A stretch of DNA of 64,000 bases, taken from assembly GCA_012719355.1 (NCBI GenBank), contig JAAYAM010000050.1:1918-65917 (forward strand). The letters are read 5' to 3'. This document shows positions 48,022-57,049 of this stretch, piece after piece; positions within the stretch are counted from its first letter, which is position 1, and each line of letters opens with the position of its first letter. The notes under the pieces are model-generated. The model made no database searches, was not told the origin of the DNA, and saw nothing but the letters and a program-made list of their open reading frames with translations. The translations under genes and the position numbers were made by a program. Source of the stretch: Acidobacteriota bacterium (GTDB taxonomy: Bacteria; Acidobacteriota; UBA6911).

Positions 48022-48757
48022 TGGCCTTCACCTCCGTCTCTGGATTAACACTGCCGCGCATGTAGTCGAGATACAGATGCTGCAGGTTTTCGTGCTTCAG
48101 TTCGTCGCCGGTACGCTCCATGACCTTCCGGCCTTCTTTCATGATGCCCACCCGGTCGGCCACATCCTTTGACCGGAAGATATCGTGCGTTGACATCAGG
48201 ATTGCTTTTCCCGCTGAGCGAAGTTCCGTCAGAGTCTCGAGAAACTCCGCCCCGGCCTTGGGATCCAATCCCGACGTGGGCTCGTCGAGGAGCAGTGCCG
48301 GAGCATCCTTGATGATTGCGATCGCGATTCCCAGTTTCTGTCGCATCCCTTTCGAAAACTCTCTGACCCGCTGCTCAAACGCCTTTTCCGGCAGTCCGAC
48401 CTTCTGCATCGCCTGGTAGTAATCGTCTTTCCTGAGATTGCGTTTTCCCCCCAGCCTGGCAAAGAAATCAAGATTCTGCCGCGCGGTGAAGTTGCCGTAT
48501 AGCATGACATTCTCAGAGACATAGGCGACATATTCCTTCGCCTGGAGCGGATTTCTGGCGGCGTCGATATCATTGAGCAGCGCCTGTCCGGAAGTGGGTT
48601 CGATGAAGGCGAGAAAGATATTGATGGTGGTCGTCTTCCCGGCTCCGTTCGCTCCCAGTAGACAATAGATTTCTCCCGGGTTCACACGCAGGTTCAAATC
48701 ATCAAGCGCAAGAACGTTGTCTTCATAGCGCTTGCTCAGATTCCTCGCTTCGATCAT
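48014..48757 (-). CDS. ABC transporter ATP-binding protein
   Basis: Walker A GANGAGKTT, signature LSKGMRQKLGIA, Walker B LLLDEPTSGLD, 247 aa. Confidence 0.85.
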   Translation of the reverse strand: MIEARNLSKRYEDNVLALDDLNLRVNPGEIYCLLGANGAGKTTTINIFLAFIEPTSGQALLNDIDAARNPLQAKEYVAYVSENVMLYGNFTARQNLDFFARLGGKRNLRKDDYYQAMQKVGLPEKAFEQRVREFSKGMRQKLGIAIAIIKDAPALLLDEPTSGLDPKAGAEFLETLTELRSAGKAILMSTHDIFRSKDVADRVGIMKEGRKVMERTGDELKHENLQHLYLDYMRGSVNPETEVKAND

Positions 48758-48796
48758 GTTGGGTCCTTTCGGTACGTTAACAGCGGATTAACAGGT

Positions 48797-50311
48797 TCAG
48801 CGGCGCGTCAACTTCACTCCGAAAACCACGATTCCCAATACGATGACGAGCACCCCCCCGATCAGCGCCGAGGTACCCCAGATATTGGCAGGAGCTTTCA
48901 CGCTGATACGATAGATCTTGTCCTCGGAGGGGACTCTGCGGTTGTATGCGTAGCTTTCAGTCTTCAGCTTCACCTCATAGTCACCCACCGGCACACCCGG
49001 CGGAGGCACTATGCGAAGCTTCAGATTCGATTCGCGATTGATTTCGAGCAGCGGGACAATATCCGGAATCACGTCCACGCGCCAGTTGAGTGGAGGATCA
49101 GCAGAGATCCTGATGTTATCGAGTCGTCGTGTGCCCGTATTGCGGACCGTGAAGCCGGCCTCCACCGAGTCCCCGACCAGAATCTCGGAATACAGGCTGG
49201 CGGCGGAGACTTCGATCTCCCCGATGCCTCTGGACATGATGACCAGGCGCAGCCTTCCGGCGCGGCTCTTTTCGATTTCAGCAAGACTGTAAATCCTGTC
49301 CTTCTCGAACAGCTGCGCCTGTTCAGCATCCAGTACGAGAGCCCAGAATTCGAGCGGTTTGTCGACCGGAACCTGCTCATCCGCCCGCGCAGGCAAATAG
49401 AGGCGCAGATTGAGGTTCTGCTGAGTAACTCCGGAAGGAAAGTTGACCTGCGAAAGACGCGCCTGGCTGCCTGGATCCAGAAAACTGTAGCTGATCTGAT
49501 GGGGAAGATTCACGACCTTCAACTGGAAGCGCCGCACATCCACCGACGAACGCTCGAGTTTCAGGTCGAAGGTGGCTTCCGCGCCCAGATCGGCTTCCTG
49601 AGAAGCCTGCATGGAACTCATCGTAACGGTGTTCTCGGTTTCAGCCTGCTGCAGCTGCACCACAATCTCCTGGTTCTGTCCCTTATAGCTGGACGCAACC
49701 ACCACGCTGTTTACATCGCGCAACAGCTGGAATTCCATCGTTGTCGACGCGCCATACTTCAGCTCGGGAATGTGGACTTCGTACGGAAGAGCAATCGTCG
49801 TTCCGCGTGAGGCTGTTTCGTTCCCCGTCGGGGCTTCTCCGGTCGCCCGCAACGAGACGAAAATGTCCAGAACGTCGCGCGTGCGCAGAGAGTCGGGAAT
49901 CGGGTCGGCGCCCTCGAAATTGCTCAACAGCTTGAATTGCGAATCGTCGAAAGTGGGAGTAAGGTTTGTAACCGTCAGGCGCACGAATTTGCGTCCGTCG
50001 CTGCTCTGGTATTTCATTGCCTCCCTGACGCTCAACCGCGGCTGCAGACTGAGCAGTGACAGCACCGCTTCCTGATAATTCAGCTGCGCCGTGTCAACGG
50101 CTGTCTGTTCACGTTCGATTTCGCTCTGGGGCACCAGCCCCTGCTTCGCCAGCTCCTGAATTCGCCTGAGCTGCGCGCGCCTTGAACTCAGATCGATCTG
50201 GCGCCGCCTGACCTCGAGGAATCGACGCTGATCGTCAGAAATCACCGTCTGGGCAACAGCCGGTACACACACACTCAAAATGAAAAAGAAGACCGCAAGC
50301 TTTCTGGACAT
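48797..50311 (-). CDS. secreted, C-terminally TM-anchored protein with coiled-coil and NEW3/NPCBM-associated-like beta-sandwich region (COG1470-like)
   Basis: Signal peptide (MSRKLAVFFFILSVCVPAVA), a coiled-coil segment, a C-terminal TM (GTSALIGGVLVIVLGIVVFGV) and an immediately downstream ABC ATPase/permease pair. The NEW3 assignment is from architecture and context. Confidence 0.4.
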   Translation of the reverse strand: MSRKLAVFFFILSVCVPAVAQTVISDDQRRFLEVRRRQIDLSSRRAQLRRIQELAKQGLVPQSEIEREQTAVDTAQLNYQEAVLSLLSLQPRLSVREAMKYQSSDGRKFVRLTVTNLTPTFDDSQFKLLSNFEGADPIPDSLRTRDVLDIFVSLRATGEAPTGNETASRGTTIALPYEVHIPELKYGASTTMEFQLLRDVNSVVVASSYKGQNQEIVVQLQQAETENTVTMSSMQASQEADLGAEATFDLKLERSSVDVRRFQLKVVNLPHQISYSFLDPGSQARLSQVNFPSGVTQQNLNLRLYLPARADEQVPVDKPLEFWALVLDAEQAQLFEKDRIYSLAEIEKSRAGRLRLVIMSRGIGEIEVSAASLYSEILVGDSVEAGFTVRNTGTRRLDNIRISADPPLNWRVDVIPDIVPLLEINRESNLKLRIVPPPGVPVGDYEVKLKTESYAYNRRVPSEDKIYRISVKAPANIWGTSALIGGVLVIVLGIVVFGVKLTRR

Positions 50312-50515
50312 ACTTCTGCGCTCCGGAAAAAAGTGATCACTGCCGCTCACTTTCGCGGCAAATAAGCCGGTTTTCTCTTCTAATTCGGAGAATACTTCGG
50401 TGACGTCTTCGCTACTGCACGTTTCTTGCCAAACATCCTATTTCGTATCTTAGAGGCAAAAAGACGGGTTCTCAGGCAGTCTATCTCGGTTTCAAGCCCT
50501 ATCCGCGCCTGACCG

Positions 50516-50555
50516 GCTGGTGTATCCCGCCTCAGACGAGGCGGGATACACCAGC
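50516..50555. repeat. perfect 40-bp palindrome (18-bp arms GCTGGTGTATCCCGCCTC, 4-nt loop AGAC)
   Basis: Read directly: gctggtgtatcccgcctc agac gaggcgggatacaccagc. It lies in the divergent intergenic region between the NEW3/ABC operon and the pilin operon. Confidence 0.7.
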
Positions 50556-50786
50556 TCGGCATCGATATTGTGCTCCTGTGACCTGGGACACATGACTGAG
50601 GGACTTTTTGTCATATTTGTAAAGAAAAGAGGACAGGCAGACGTATTGAGAGACGGAAACAGATTACAGTTCGTTTCGACTGTTCACAGAAAAGACTAAA
50701 GTCAATAAAAGGAAATGCCGAAAGGAAGAATTAGGGTTAAAAGGCTCTGAATGAGGTGGTGTAGAAATCGCCCTCGAGGAAGGACT

Positions 50787-51392
50787 ATGAACTCGCAAAG
50801 GCATTCAGGCAGGCTCGATCCCTGTGCAGGGACAGTACGACCGGCGCAGGCGGGGTTCGGACTTGTGGACATTGTGATAGCAATCATGCTCATGAGCATA
50901 CTGGCCGGAATGGCTGTAATAGGCATAAGTTCCGTTCTGCCGGCAATGAAAACCGACAAGGCGATGCAGGAAGTTGTGGCACAACTCAGGCAGGCAAGGA
51001 ACATGGCTCTCGCGCAACGCCGGAATATCGAGCTTGCGTTCTCGGGAACAAACCAGGTCGAGATTATCCGCATCGAAGAACCTGACAACACTCCAAACGT
51101 AATAAGCACACTTACCCTGGGAAACAAGTGTGAGTTTATAAATCCGGACCAAATTCCTATGGATACTCCTGACGGCTTCGGCAATACCGCGGCAATCGAT
51201 TTTGGAGACGCGGAGAAACTGATTTTTTCTTCCGAGGGAATCCTGGTTGATGAGTCCGGAGATCCCGTCAACGGGACCGTGTTTGTCGGACTGCCGGACG
51301 AGCCTGAACTTGCGCGTGCGGTGACGGTGCTGGGATCGACGGGACGCATTCGCGGCTATCGATGGACAGGAAGCATGTGGACGGCCAAATAG
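50787..51392 (+). CDS. prepilin-type (GspH/FimT-like) minor pilin/pseudopilin
   Basis: GAGGAAGG RBS, then MNSQ...AQAGFGLVDIVIAIMLMSILAG. A hydrophobic prepilin helix follows G-F; Asp is at +5 instead of Glu, and the leader is unusually long. Confidence 0.55.
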   Translation: MNSQRHSGRLDPCAGTVRPAQAGFGLVDIVIAIMLMSILAGMAVIGISSVLPAMKTDKAMQEVVAQLRQARNMALAQRRNIELAFSGTNQVEIIRIEEPDNTPNVISTLTLGNKCEFINPDQIPMDTPDGFGNTAAIDFGDAEKLIFSSEGILVDESGDPVNGTVFVGLPDEPELARAVTVLGSTGRIRGYRWTGSMWTAK

Positions 51393-51412
51393 CCCAAATA
51401 GCGAGGAGGCTT

Positions 51413-51955
51413 ATGCTGACGACCCCAAGACCACATACCGGCCAATCAGGCTTTACGCTCGTTGAAACAATGATCGCACTGATCATCCTCGCAGGCGGAC
51501 TGCTGGCCCTCGCAGGTGCGTTCGCACAGGGAATGGTCATGGTCTCGGGCACACACTATCATCAGTTCGCCAAAGAAAAAGCATCGGAAGCGATGGAGAG
51601 CGTATTCACGGCGCGGGACGCCGGCAAGATTCCAAGCTGGGACTGGATTCAGAACAAGAGCTCTCATCCCAACGGCATTTTCAAGGACGGAGCGCAGCCT
51701 CTGTGCGGAGCCGGAGACGACGGCCTTCTGAATACGGATGACGACGAAGACGACGAACTGGAGACTCTGCCCGGACGCGACGGTATCCCGGGGACCGACG
51801 ACGATGAAGTCCTTACGATCGAGCGGTTCTCGCGAGAAATCGAGATAACCCAGATCCACGCGGGCCTGCGCAGGATCCGGGTCATCATTAGATACCGGCT
51901 GGGGAATCTGACCCGCGAGTACGAGTTGGTTTCACACATTTCCCCATTCGCGTGA
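51413..51955 (+). CDS. pilV: type IV pilus minor pilin PilV-like (prepilin N-terminal cleavage/methylation domain)
   Basis: GAGGAGG RBS. Canonical GFTLVETMIALIILAGGLLAL after a short leader (MLTTPRPHTGQS). Confidence 0.65.
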   Translation: MLTTPRPHTGQSGFTLVETMIALIILAGGLLALAGAFAQGMVMVSGTHYHQFAKEKASEAMESVFTARDAGKIPSWDWIQNKSSHPNGIFKDGAQPLCGAGDDGLLNTDDDEDDELETLPGRDGIPGTDDDEVLTIERFSREIEITQIHAGLRRIRVIIRYRLGNLTREYELVSHISPFA

Positions 51956-51975
51956 TGCGCGCAACAGGAGGCCAT

Positions 51976-52992
51976 ATGAAACGAGAAGACGGAGTCAGTT
52001 CCGTTGAGCTGCTGATAGCTTCGGCGATCACGATAGTGATACTGGCCGGCACCATGGGCGCATTCAACAAGAGCATGAGTCTGAGCAGCCAGAGCAATCA
52101 GCTGGCCGAGCTCGATCAGAACCTGCGTGCCGGGATAAACTTCCTTGTGCGTGACTTCATCAGCGCAGGCTGGGGAATCTCAACCGGCGGTATCCCAATC
52201 CCTTCGGGAACTGGAGCATCCGCCGTCCGCCGCCCCGGGCCGCCGGGTACCAATTACACCTTTACTACGCCAGTGCTTTCGGCCGTCAACCCGGGGGCAG
52301 GGATGGGACCGCTATGGAACGGGCGCCCGACCGACATGGTCAACATCATCTATGGGGACGAACGGCTGGAACTCGACAGGTACGAACTCACAGAAGTCAC
52401 TTCAGATGCAGGTGGCGCCACAATCACAGTTGACAATCGCACCTCGATTTCCGCTACTGAGCAGCCGGTCCGGGAAGGAGATCTTATCGTCCTGAAGAAT
52501 GCCAACGGGAGCACGTTGCTGTATGTCACCTCTGTTGAAGGACAGACGATATCCTTCGCGGCCAACGATCCCTTGCGTCTCAACCAGCCCGATGCACCGC
52601 AGGGTTCGATTGAACAGCTCAGGCCCGATGATGAATCACCATTCCCCCCGACCACGGCCACACGGGTATGGATGGTCACTTATTATCTCGATTACACATT
52701 CGATCCGACAATGCCCCGGTTAATCCGGAGAATAAACAACCGGAATGGAGAACCGATCGCTCTGGTATTGGAGGATCTGCAGCTGACCTACGATCTCGTC
52801 GACGGTCTCACGAATCCGACCAAAGTCGATACTCCGGTATCCCCCAATTCACCTAACGAGATACGGAAAGCAAACATCCTGGTATCGGGACGATCCAATT
52901 CGCCTCTGCCCGATACCGGGGACTATATGCGAAGAACCCTCACGACCCAGGTGAGCCTTCGCAGCTTGTCGTTCATCGACCGCTACCGCTAG
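51976..52992 (+). CDS. pilW: type IV pilus assembly protein PilW-like minor pilin
   Basis: AGGAGG RBS. MKREDGVSSVELLIASAITIVILAG carries Glu at +5 after Gly. 338 aa. Confidence 0.55.
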   Translation: MKREDGVSSVELLIASAITIVILAGTMGAFNKSMSLSSQSNQLAELDQNLRAGINFLVRDFISAGWGISTGGIPIPSGTGASAVRRPGPPGTNYTFTTPVLSAVNPGAGMGPLWNGRPTDMVNIIYGDERLELDRYELTEVTSDAGGATITVDNRTSISATEQPVREGDLIVLKNANGSTLLYVTSVEGQTISFAANDPLRLNQPDAPQGSIEQLRPDDESPFPPTTATRVWMVTYYLDYTFDPTMPRLIRRINNRNGEPIALVLEDLQLTYDLVDGLTNPTKVDTPVSPNSPNEIRKANILVSGRSNSPLPDTGDYMRRTLTTQVSLRSLSFIDRYR

Positions 52993-53010
52993 ATGACTGG
53001 AGGAACAGGC

Positions 53011-55482
53011 ATGAGAATGAAAAGCGAATCAGGGATTGCACTGATCAGCGCACTGCTGGTTCTGATTCTTCTTGGCGTACTGCTCGAGGGATTCATCGTC
53101 TCGGTAAACTCCGACCAGGAACTGCTCTCCATTGACCGAGATCAGAACCGGGCCTTCTATGGCGCCATGGCGGGCCTCGAACAGCTGACCGCCGATCTGG
53201 GGACTCTCTACGACAGGAACTATGCCCCGACAGTGACTCAGATCAACGCTCTTACCACAAATCCACCGGAATTGCCGTACATCTCGTTCGTTTCACCGGG
53301 CGGCGGGTCGGGCTACCAGATACACTATGATGCGGACGCGTCCGGAAAACCGAAGTCCGAGCAGCGCGCCATCCCGAGCGGACCTTACGAAGGGTTGGTG
53401 GGACTGATGACCCCCTTTGAAATGACCGTTACCGCCCGCACTCCGACAGGCAGCGAAGTACGGATGCGCAGGAGCCTGCAGACGGTTCTCGTGCCCGTAT
53501 TTCAGTTCGGGATCTTTTCAGACACCGACCTCAGTTTCTTCGCCGGGCCGGAGTTCGATTTCGGAGGACGCGTCCATACAAACGGCAATCTGTTCCTGGC
53601 CGAAGGCGACGGGAAGACTCTCTGGATGAGAGACCGGGTAACCGCGGTGGGAGAAGTAGTCCGGACGCATCTCAACAACAACTGGCCGACCAACAAAACG
53701 TATAATGGAAACGTAAGCATATCGGACTCAACCGGGAACTTCAAAAATCTGAAACGGGATCAGGGAAGTCTGGTCGGGAATCTGGGTTCATCTCAGAATC
53801 CGCACTGGGAGAATATCTCAAAAAGCACATACAACGGAAATATACGCAACTGGCGCACCGGGGCACGCAGAATGGATCTCCCTCTTGTGACCATGGGAGC
53901 GACCCCCATAGATCTGATACGCAGGCCGGCATCCGGGTCCAATGAAGACACCGCGAATCCTGAAGTGTACGATCAGAGATACTATGCCATGGCAAGCCTC
54001 CGGATCCTGCTCTCCGATACGAAAGCGGACATCCTGGATTTGCCCGGCGTTACGTCGACTGACCCTATACACCTCGCCAATCCATGGAGTCTGACATGGG
54101 AAGAGATTGGGGAAGCCGCTGATACCAGCAGTTTCAAAAGCCAGGAGGGGACCAACCTGATTGACGGCTACATCAAGATCGAAATGCAGGACAAAAGCAG
54201 GAATTGGCACGACGTCACCGAAGAGATCCTGGGCTTCGGCATCTCGGGCAAAGATCTGACGAATAAATGCACAAGCTTCTTCCCCAATTCGATCATCCGT
54301 GTTCAGCGTCTGAAGGATGGGATTTCTTCGGGCAGGTGTGACGAGGACAGTGACGAGCATGATTTCTGGCCCAATGTGCTGTACGACACCAGAGAAGGCA
54401 TTCTGAGGGACAACATTTCTAAAACCGATTACAAGCCGTACCTTGGTGGAATCATGCACTACGTGGAGCTGGATATCGAGAACCTCTGCCGGTGGTTCCG
54501 CGGTGAGCTTGGGACAAGCGGTCCCAATGCAATTGACGAAACCGGGTACGTCGTTTATTTCTCGGATCGACGGACGAACCGGAACGATTCGGACGAAGAG
54601 ACAGGGGAATACGGTTTCGAGGATTTCGTTAACCCGGGAGATATTTCAAACGGGTTACCCAACGGGATTCTTGATCAGGGAGAAGACGTCAATGGCTCAG
54701 GCGCCCAGGAGGATTACGGTAAGACGCCGCGCCTGCCGGCCGGAGCCGAGACGCCTCTCAATGGAAGTGCCAAGCCCTGGTTCAATCGCGTTTCGTCTCA
54801 GAATGTAACTCGAGAGATCGCCCGACTAAACCGGCCGATCTTCTTCAGGCGCGCACTAAAGCTGGTGAATGGCGCAACCATTGACCTGGGAGTGGACACC
54901 GACAACATCCCTCTGGGACTGGCGATTGCATCTGAGAATCCGGTTTACGTACAAGGGAACTACAATGCACAGGACGGCTTTGACCACGGAACGCATGTGG
55001 CCGCGTCTATCCTCGCAGACGCGGTGACGTTCCTCTCAAAAAACTGGGATGATCGGAATTCGTTCAACTGCCCCCATAGTCTGGATTCTACCTGCGACGG
55101 CGGCAAGCCGGGCCGTGCCGCAACCACCACATGGTACAGGATGGCCATCATCGCAGGCAAAAGCCTCCCCTTCCAGAATATAGATATGGCTGACAGCGGC
55201 AAGAAGGATTTCGGCACGGACGGTGGAGTTCACAATTTCCTCCGGTACCTGGAAAATTGGGGCGGCGCAAAACTGAATTACAGGGGATCGATTGTGAGCC
55301 TGTTCTACAGCCGTCAGGCGACCGGCACATACAAGTGCTGCACCAACGTTTATTCTCCACCGGAACGCGGCTACGCCTTTGATGTGGAGTTCCTTGACCC
55401 CAGATTACTGCCGCCTCGAACCCCGAGATTCCGCGACGTAAACATCACCGGCTTCATCCAGGTGAAGTCGCCGAAACAGTAA
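53011..55482 (+). CDS. pilX: PilX N-terminal domain protein with very large C-terminal region (PilX/PilY1-like tip/adhesin candidate), 823 aa
   Basis: GGAGGA RBS. MRMKSESGIALISALLVLILLGVLLEGF matches the PilX_N pattern (ExGxALIxALLVLxLL). Directly follows pilW. Confidence 0.5.
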   Translation: MRMKSESGIALISALLVLILLGVLLEGFIVSVNSDQELLSIDRDQNRAFYGAMAGLEQLTADLGTLYDRNYAPTVTQINALTTNPPELPYISFVSPGGGSGYQIHYDADASGKPKSEQRAIPSGPYEGLVGLMTPFEMTVTARTPTGSEVRMRRSLQTVLVPVFQFGIFSDTDLSFFAGPEFDFGGRVHTNGNLFLAEGDGKTLWMRDRVTAVGEVVRTHLNNNWPTNKTYNGNVSISDSTGNFKNLKRDQGSLVGNLGSSQNPHWENISKSTYNGNIRNWRTGARRMDLPLVTMGATPIDLIRRPASGSNEDTANPEVYDQRYYAMASLRILLSDTKADILDLPGVTSTDPIHLANPWSLTWEEIGEAADTSSFKSQEGTNLIDGYIKIEMQDKSRNWHDVTEEILGFGISGKDLTNKCTSFFPNSIIRVQRLKDGISSGRCDEDSDEHDFWPNVLYDTREGILRDNISKTDYKPYLGGIMHYVELDIENLCRWFRGELGTSGPNAIDETGYVVYFSDRRTNRNDSDEETGEYGFEDFVNPGDISNGLPNGILDQGEDVNGSGAQEDYGKTPRLPAGAETPLNGSAKPWFNRVSSQNVTREIARLNRPIFFRRALKLVNGATIDLGVDTDNIPLGLAIASENPVYVQGNYNAQDGFDHGTHVAASILADAVTFLSKNWDDRNSFNCPHSLDSTCDGGKPGRAATTTWYRMAIIAGKSLPFQNIDMADSGKKDFGTDGGVHNFLRYLENWGGAKLNYRGSIVSLFYSRQATGTYKCCTNVYSPPERGYAFDVEFLDPRLLPPRTPRFRDVNITGFIQVKSPKQ

Positions 55483-55511
55483 TCAATCGCATAACGCGGC
55501 ATTCCGACGCA

Positions 55512-55734
55512 GGGACGACCGAACTCTTCGGCCGTCCCTACGGGGTCCTGAACGTTGTGCCGTTGGGGGACACCGTAACATTGGCGGGATTCTTCCACGG
55601 AATATTCCCGGCACCTGGGAACAACTATCACCATCTGCGTCCCGCTAGGGACGCATTGAAAATAGCCCGGCACGGAAGTGCCGGGATTCAGTAGGAAGAA
55701 GAAAAATCAAGTCCGGTCAGGGACGACCGAACTC
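55512..55734. repeat. hairpin-rich repeat element, copy B, flanked by perfect 15-bp direct repeats GGGACGACCGAACTC
   Basis: Direct repeats at 55512-55526 and 55720-55734. Internal hairpins are GCGTCCCgctaGGGACGC (55637-55654) and CCCGGCACggaaGTGCCGGG (from 55666). The 3' half is about 80% identical to copy A (28017-28110). Confidence 0.55.
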
Positions 55735-57049
55735 AAAATGAATCACTGCTCGGCACTATTCTGCCGCGGCATTCGCCGAACCCGATGCCCACAAAACCGT
55801 CGCGCTCGGCACGTCCTCGCATCACGACTTCATCGCCATCCTCAAGGAAACACCTTGTGTCCCCCTGCGGCAGCTTTACCGGCTCACTTCCCCGCCACGT
55901 CAATTCCAAAAGGCACCCTCCTGTCCCCTTCCCCTCTCCCGACACGGTTCCGCTCGCGATAAGGTCTCCGGGACGAAGATTGCACCCGTTGCTGCAGTGA
56001 TGCGTCAACAGCTGGGAAAAGGTCCAGTACAGGTCCCTCAGATTGCTCCGGCTCAACAGCACCGGCGACTTCCCTTCCGGACATAGGAACACTTCAAGCC
56101 CCAGATCAATGGCTCCCGATTCCATATCCTCCTTATCAGCAAGGTAAGGCAGCGGCGCGGGGTCTCCCAAAGGGCGCTGCATCGCCGGGACGCGGAAAGG
56201 GGCGAGGGCTTCCATGGTCACGATCCAGGGCGATATGGTTGTAGCGAAGCTCTTCGCAAGAAATGGCCCGAGCGGCTGGTACTCCCATTTCTGAAGGTCC
56301 CTCGCGGACCAATCGTTTACAAGACAGAATCCGAACAGATGAGCATCCGCCTCCCGGATACCGACCGACTGGCCCAGCGCATTGCCGGTACCGACGAAGG
56401 CACCCACTTCGAGTTCATAATCAAGCATGCGGCTCGGTTTGAATTCCGGCGCACTCTGTCCCTCCGACTGCCCCCATGGGCGACGCACCGGCGTGCCGCT
56501 CACAACCACCGAAGATGCGCGCCCATGGTACCCGACCGGAACATACTTGTAGTTCGGCAGCAGAGGCGTGTCGGGACGGAACATCTTCCCCACGTTACGC
56601 GCATGATAAATCGACGCATAGAAATCGGTATAATCGCCGATCCGTGCCGGCATCACCATCCTGGTTTCGCTCATCGGCATAAGTGAGGCTTCGATTTCAG
56701 CGGCCTTCTGACGAGATGCGTCTCCGGCGCGCAGCAGAAGGCTGATACGCCTGCGAAGCGCCGACCAGTGTTCCGGCCCGAGAGCCATCAGATCGTTCAA
56801 CGATTCGCTCCCGACACCCTCGAGCAGCCTTTCGTCCAAACCTGCAAGCAGCCCTTTTTCCCTGGATTGTTTCAGATCAAGTATCCGGTCACCAATTGCG
56901 ACCCCGATAGCCGGACGGCTTTTGCAGTTAAGGCGTATGAAAACTCCCAGTGGAAGATTCTGGATCGGGAAGTCAGTCCGGGGATCGTGCGCGGATTTCA
57001 CCCGGCATTCAAGAGACGGATCATGAGTTTCGTTCACCGAATACTTCAT
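55733..57049 (-). CDS. fahA: fumarylacetoacetase
   Basis: Collinear with eukaryotic/bacterial FAH (DFPIQNLPLGVF; IGVAIGD; IGDYTDFY; VGYHGRASSVVVSGTP; WEYQPLGPFL; HHCSNGCNLRPGDL), 438 aa. Confidence 0.9.
   Translation of the reverse strand: MKYSVNETHDPSLECRVKSAHDPRTDFPIQNLPLGVFIRLNCKSRPAIGVAIGDRILDLKQSREKGLLAGLDERLLEGVGSESLNDLMALGPEHWSALRRRISLLLRAGDASRQKAAEIEASLMPMSETRMVMPARIGDYTDFYASIYHARNVGKMFRPDTPLLPNYKYVPVGYHGRASSVVVSGTPVRRPWGQSEGQSAPEFKPSRMLDYELEVGAFVGTGNALGQSVGIREADAHLFGFCLVNDWSARDLQKWEYQPLGPFLAKSFATTISPWIVTMEALAPFRVPAMQRPLGDPAPLPYLADKEDMESGAIDLGLEVFLCPEGKSPVLLSRSNLRDLYWTFSQLLTHHCSNGCNLRPGDLIASGTVSGEGKGTGGCLLELTWRGSEPVKLPQGDTRCFLEDGDEVVMRGRAERDGFVGIGFGECRGRIVPSSDSF

Noticed and set aside
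50380-50562. 60-codon - strand ORF spanning the 40-bp palindrome
   Set aside because: It has no RBS and is positively charged and low-complexity. It exists only because the palindrome is stop-free.
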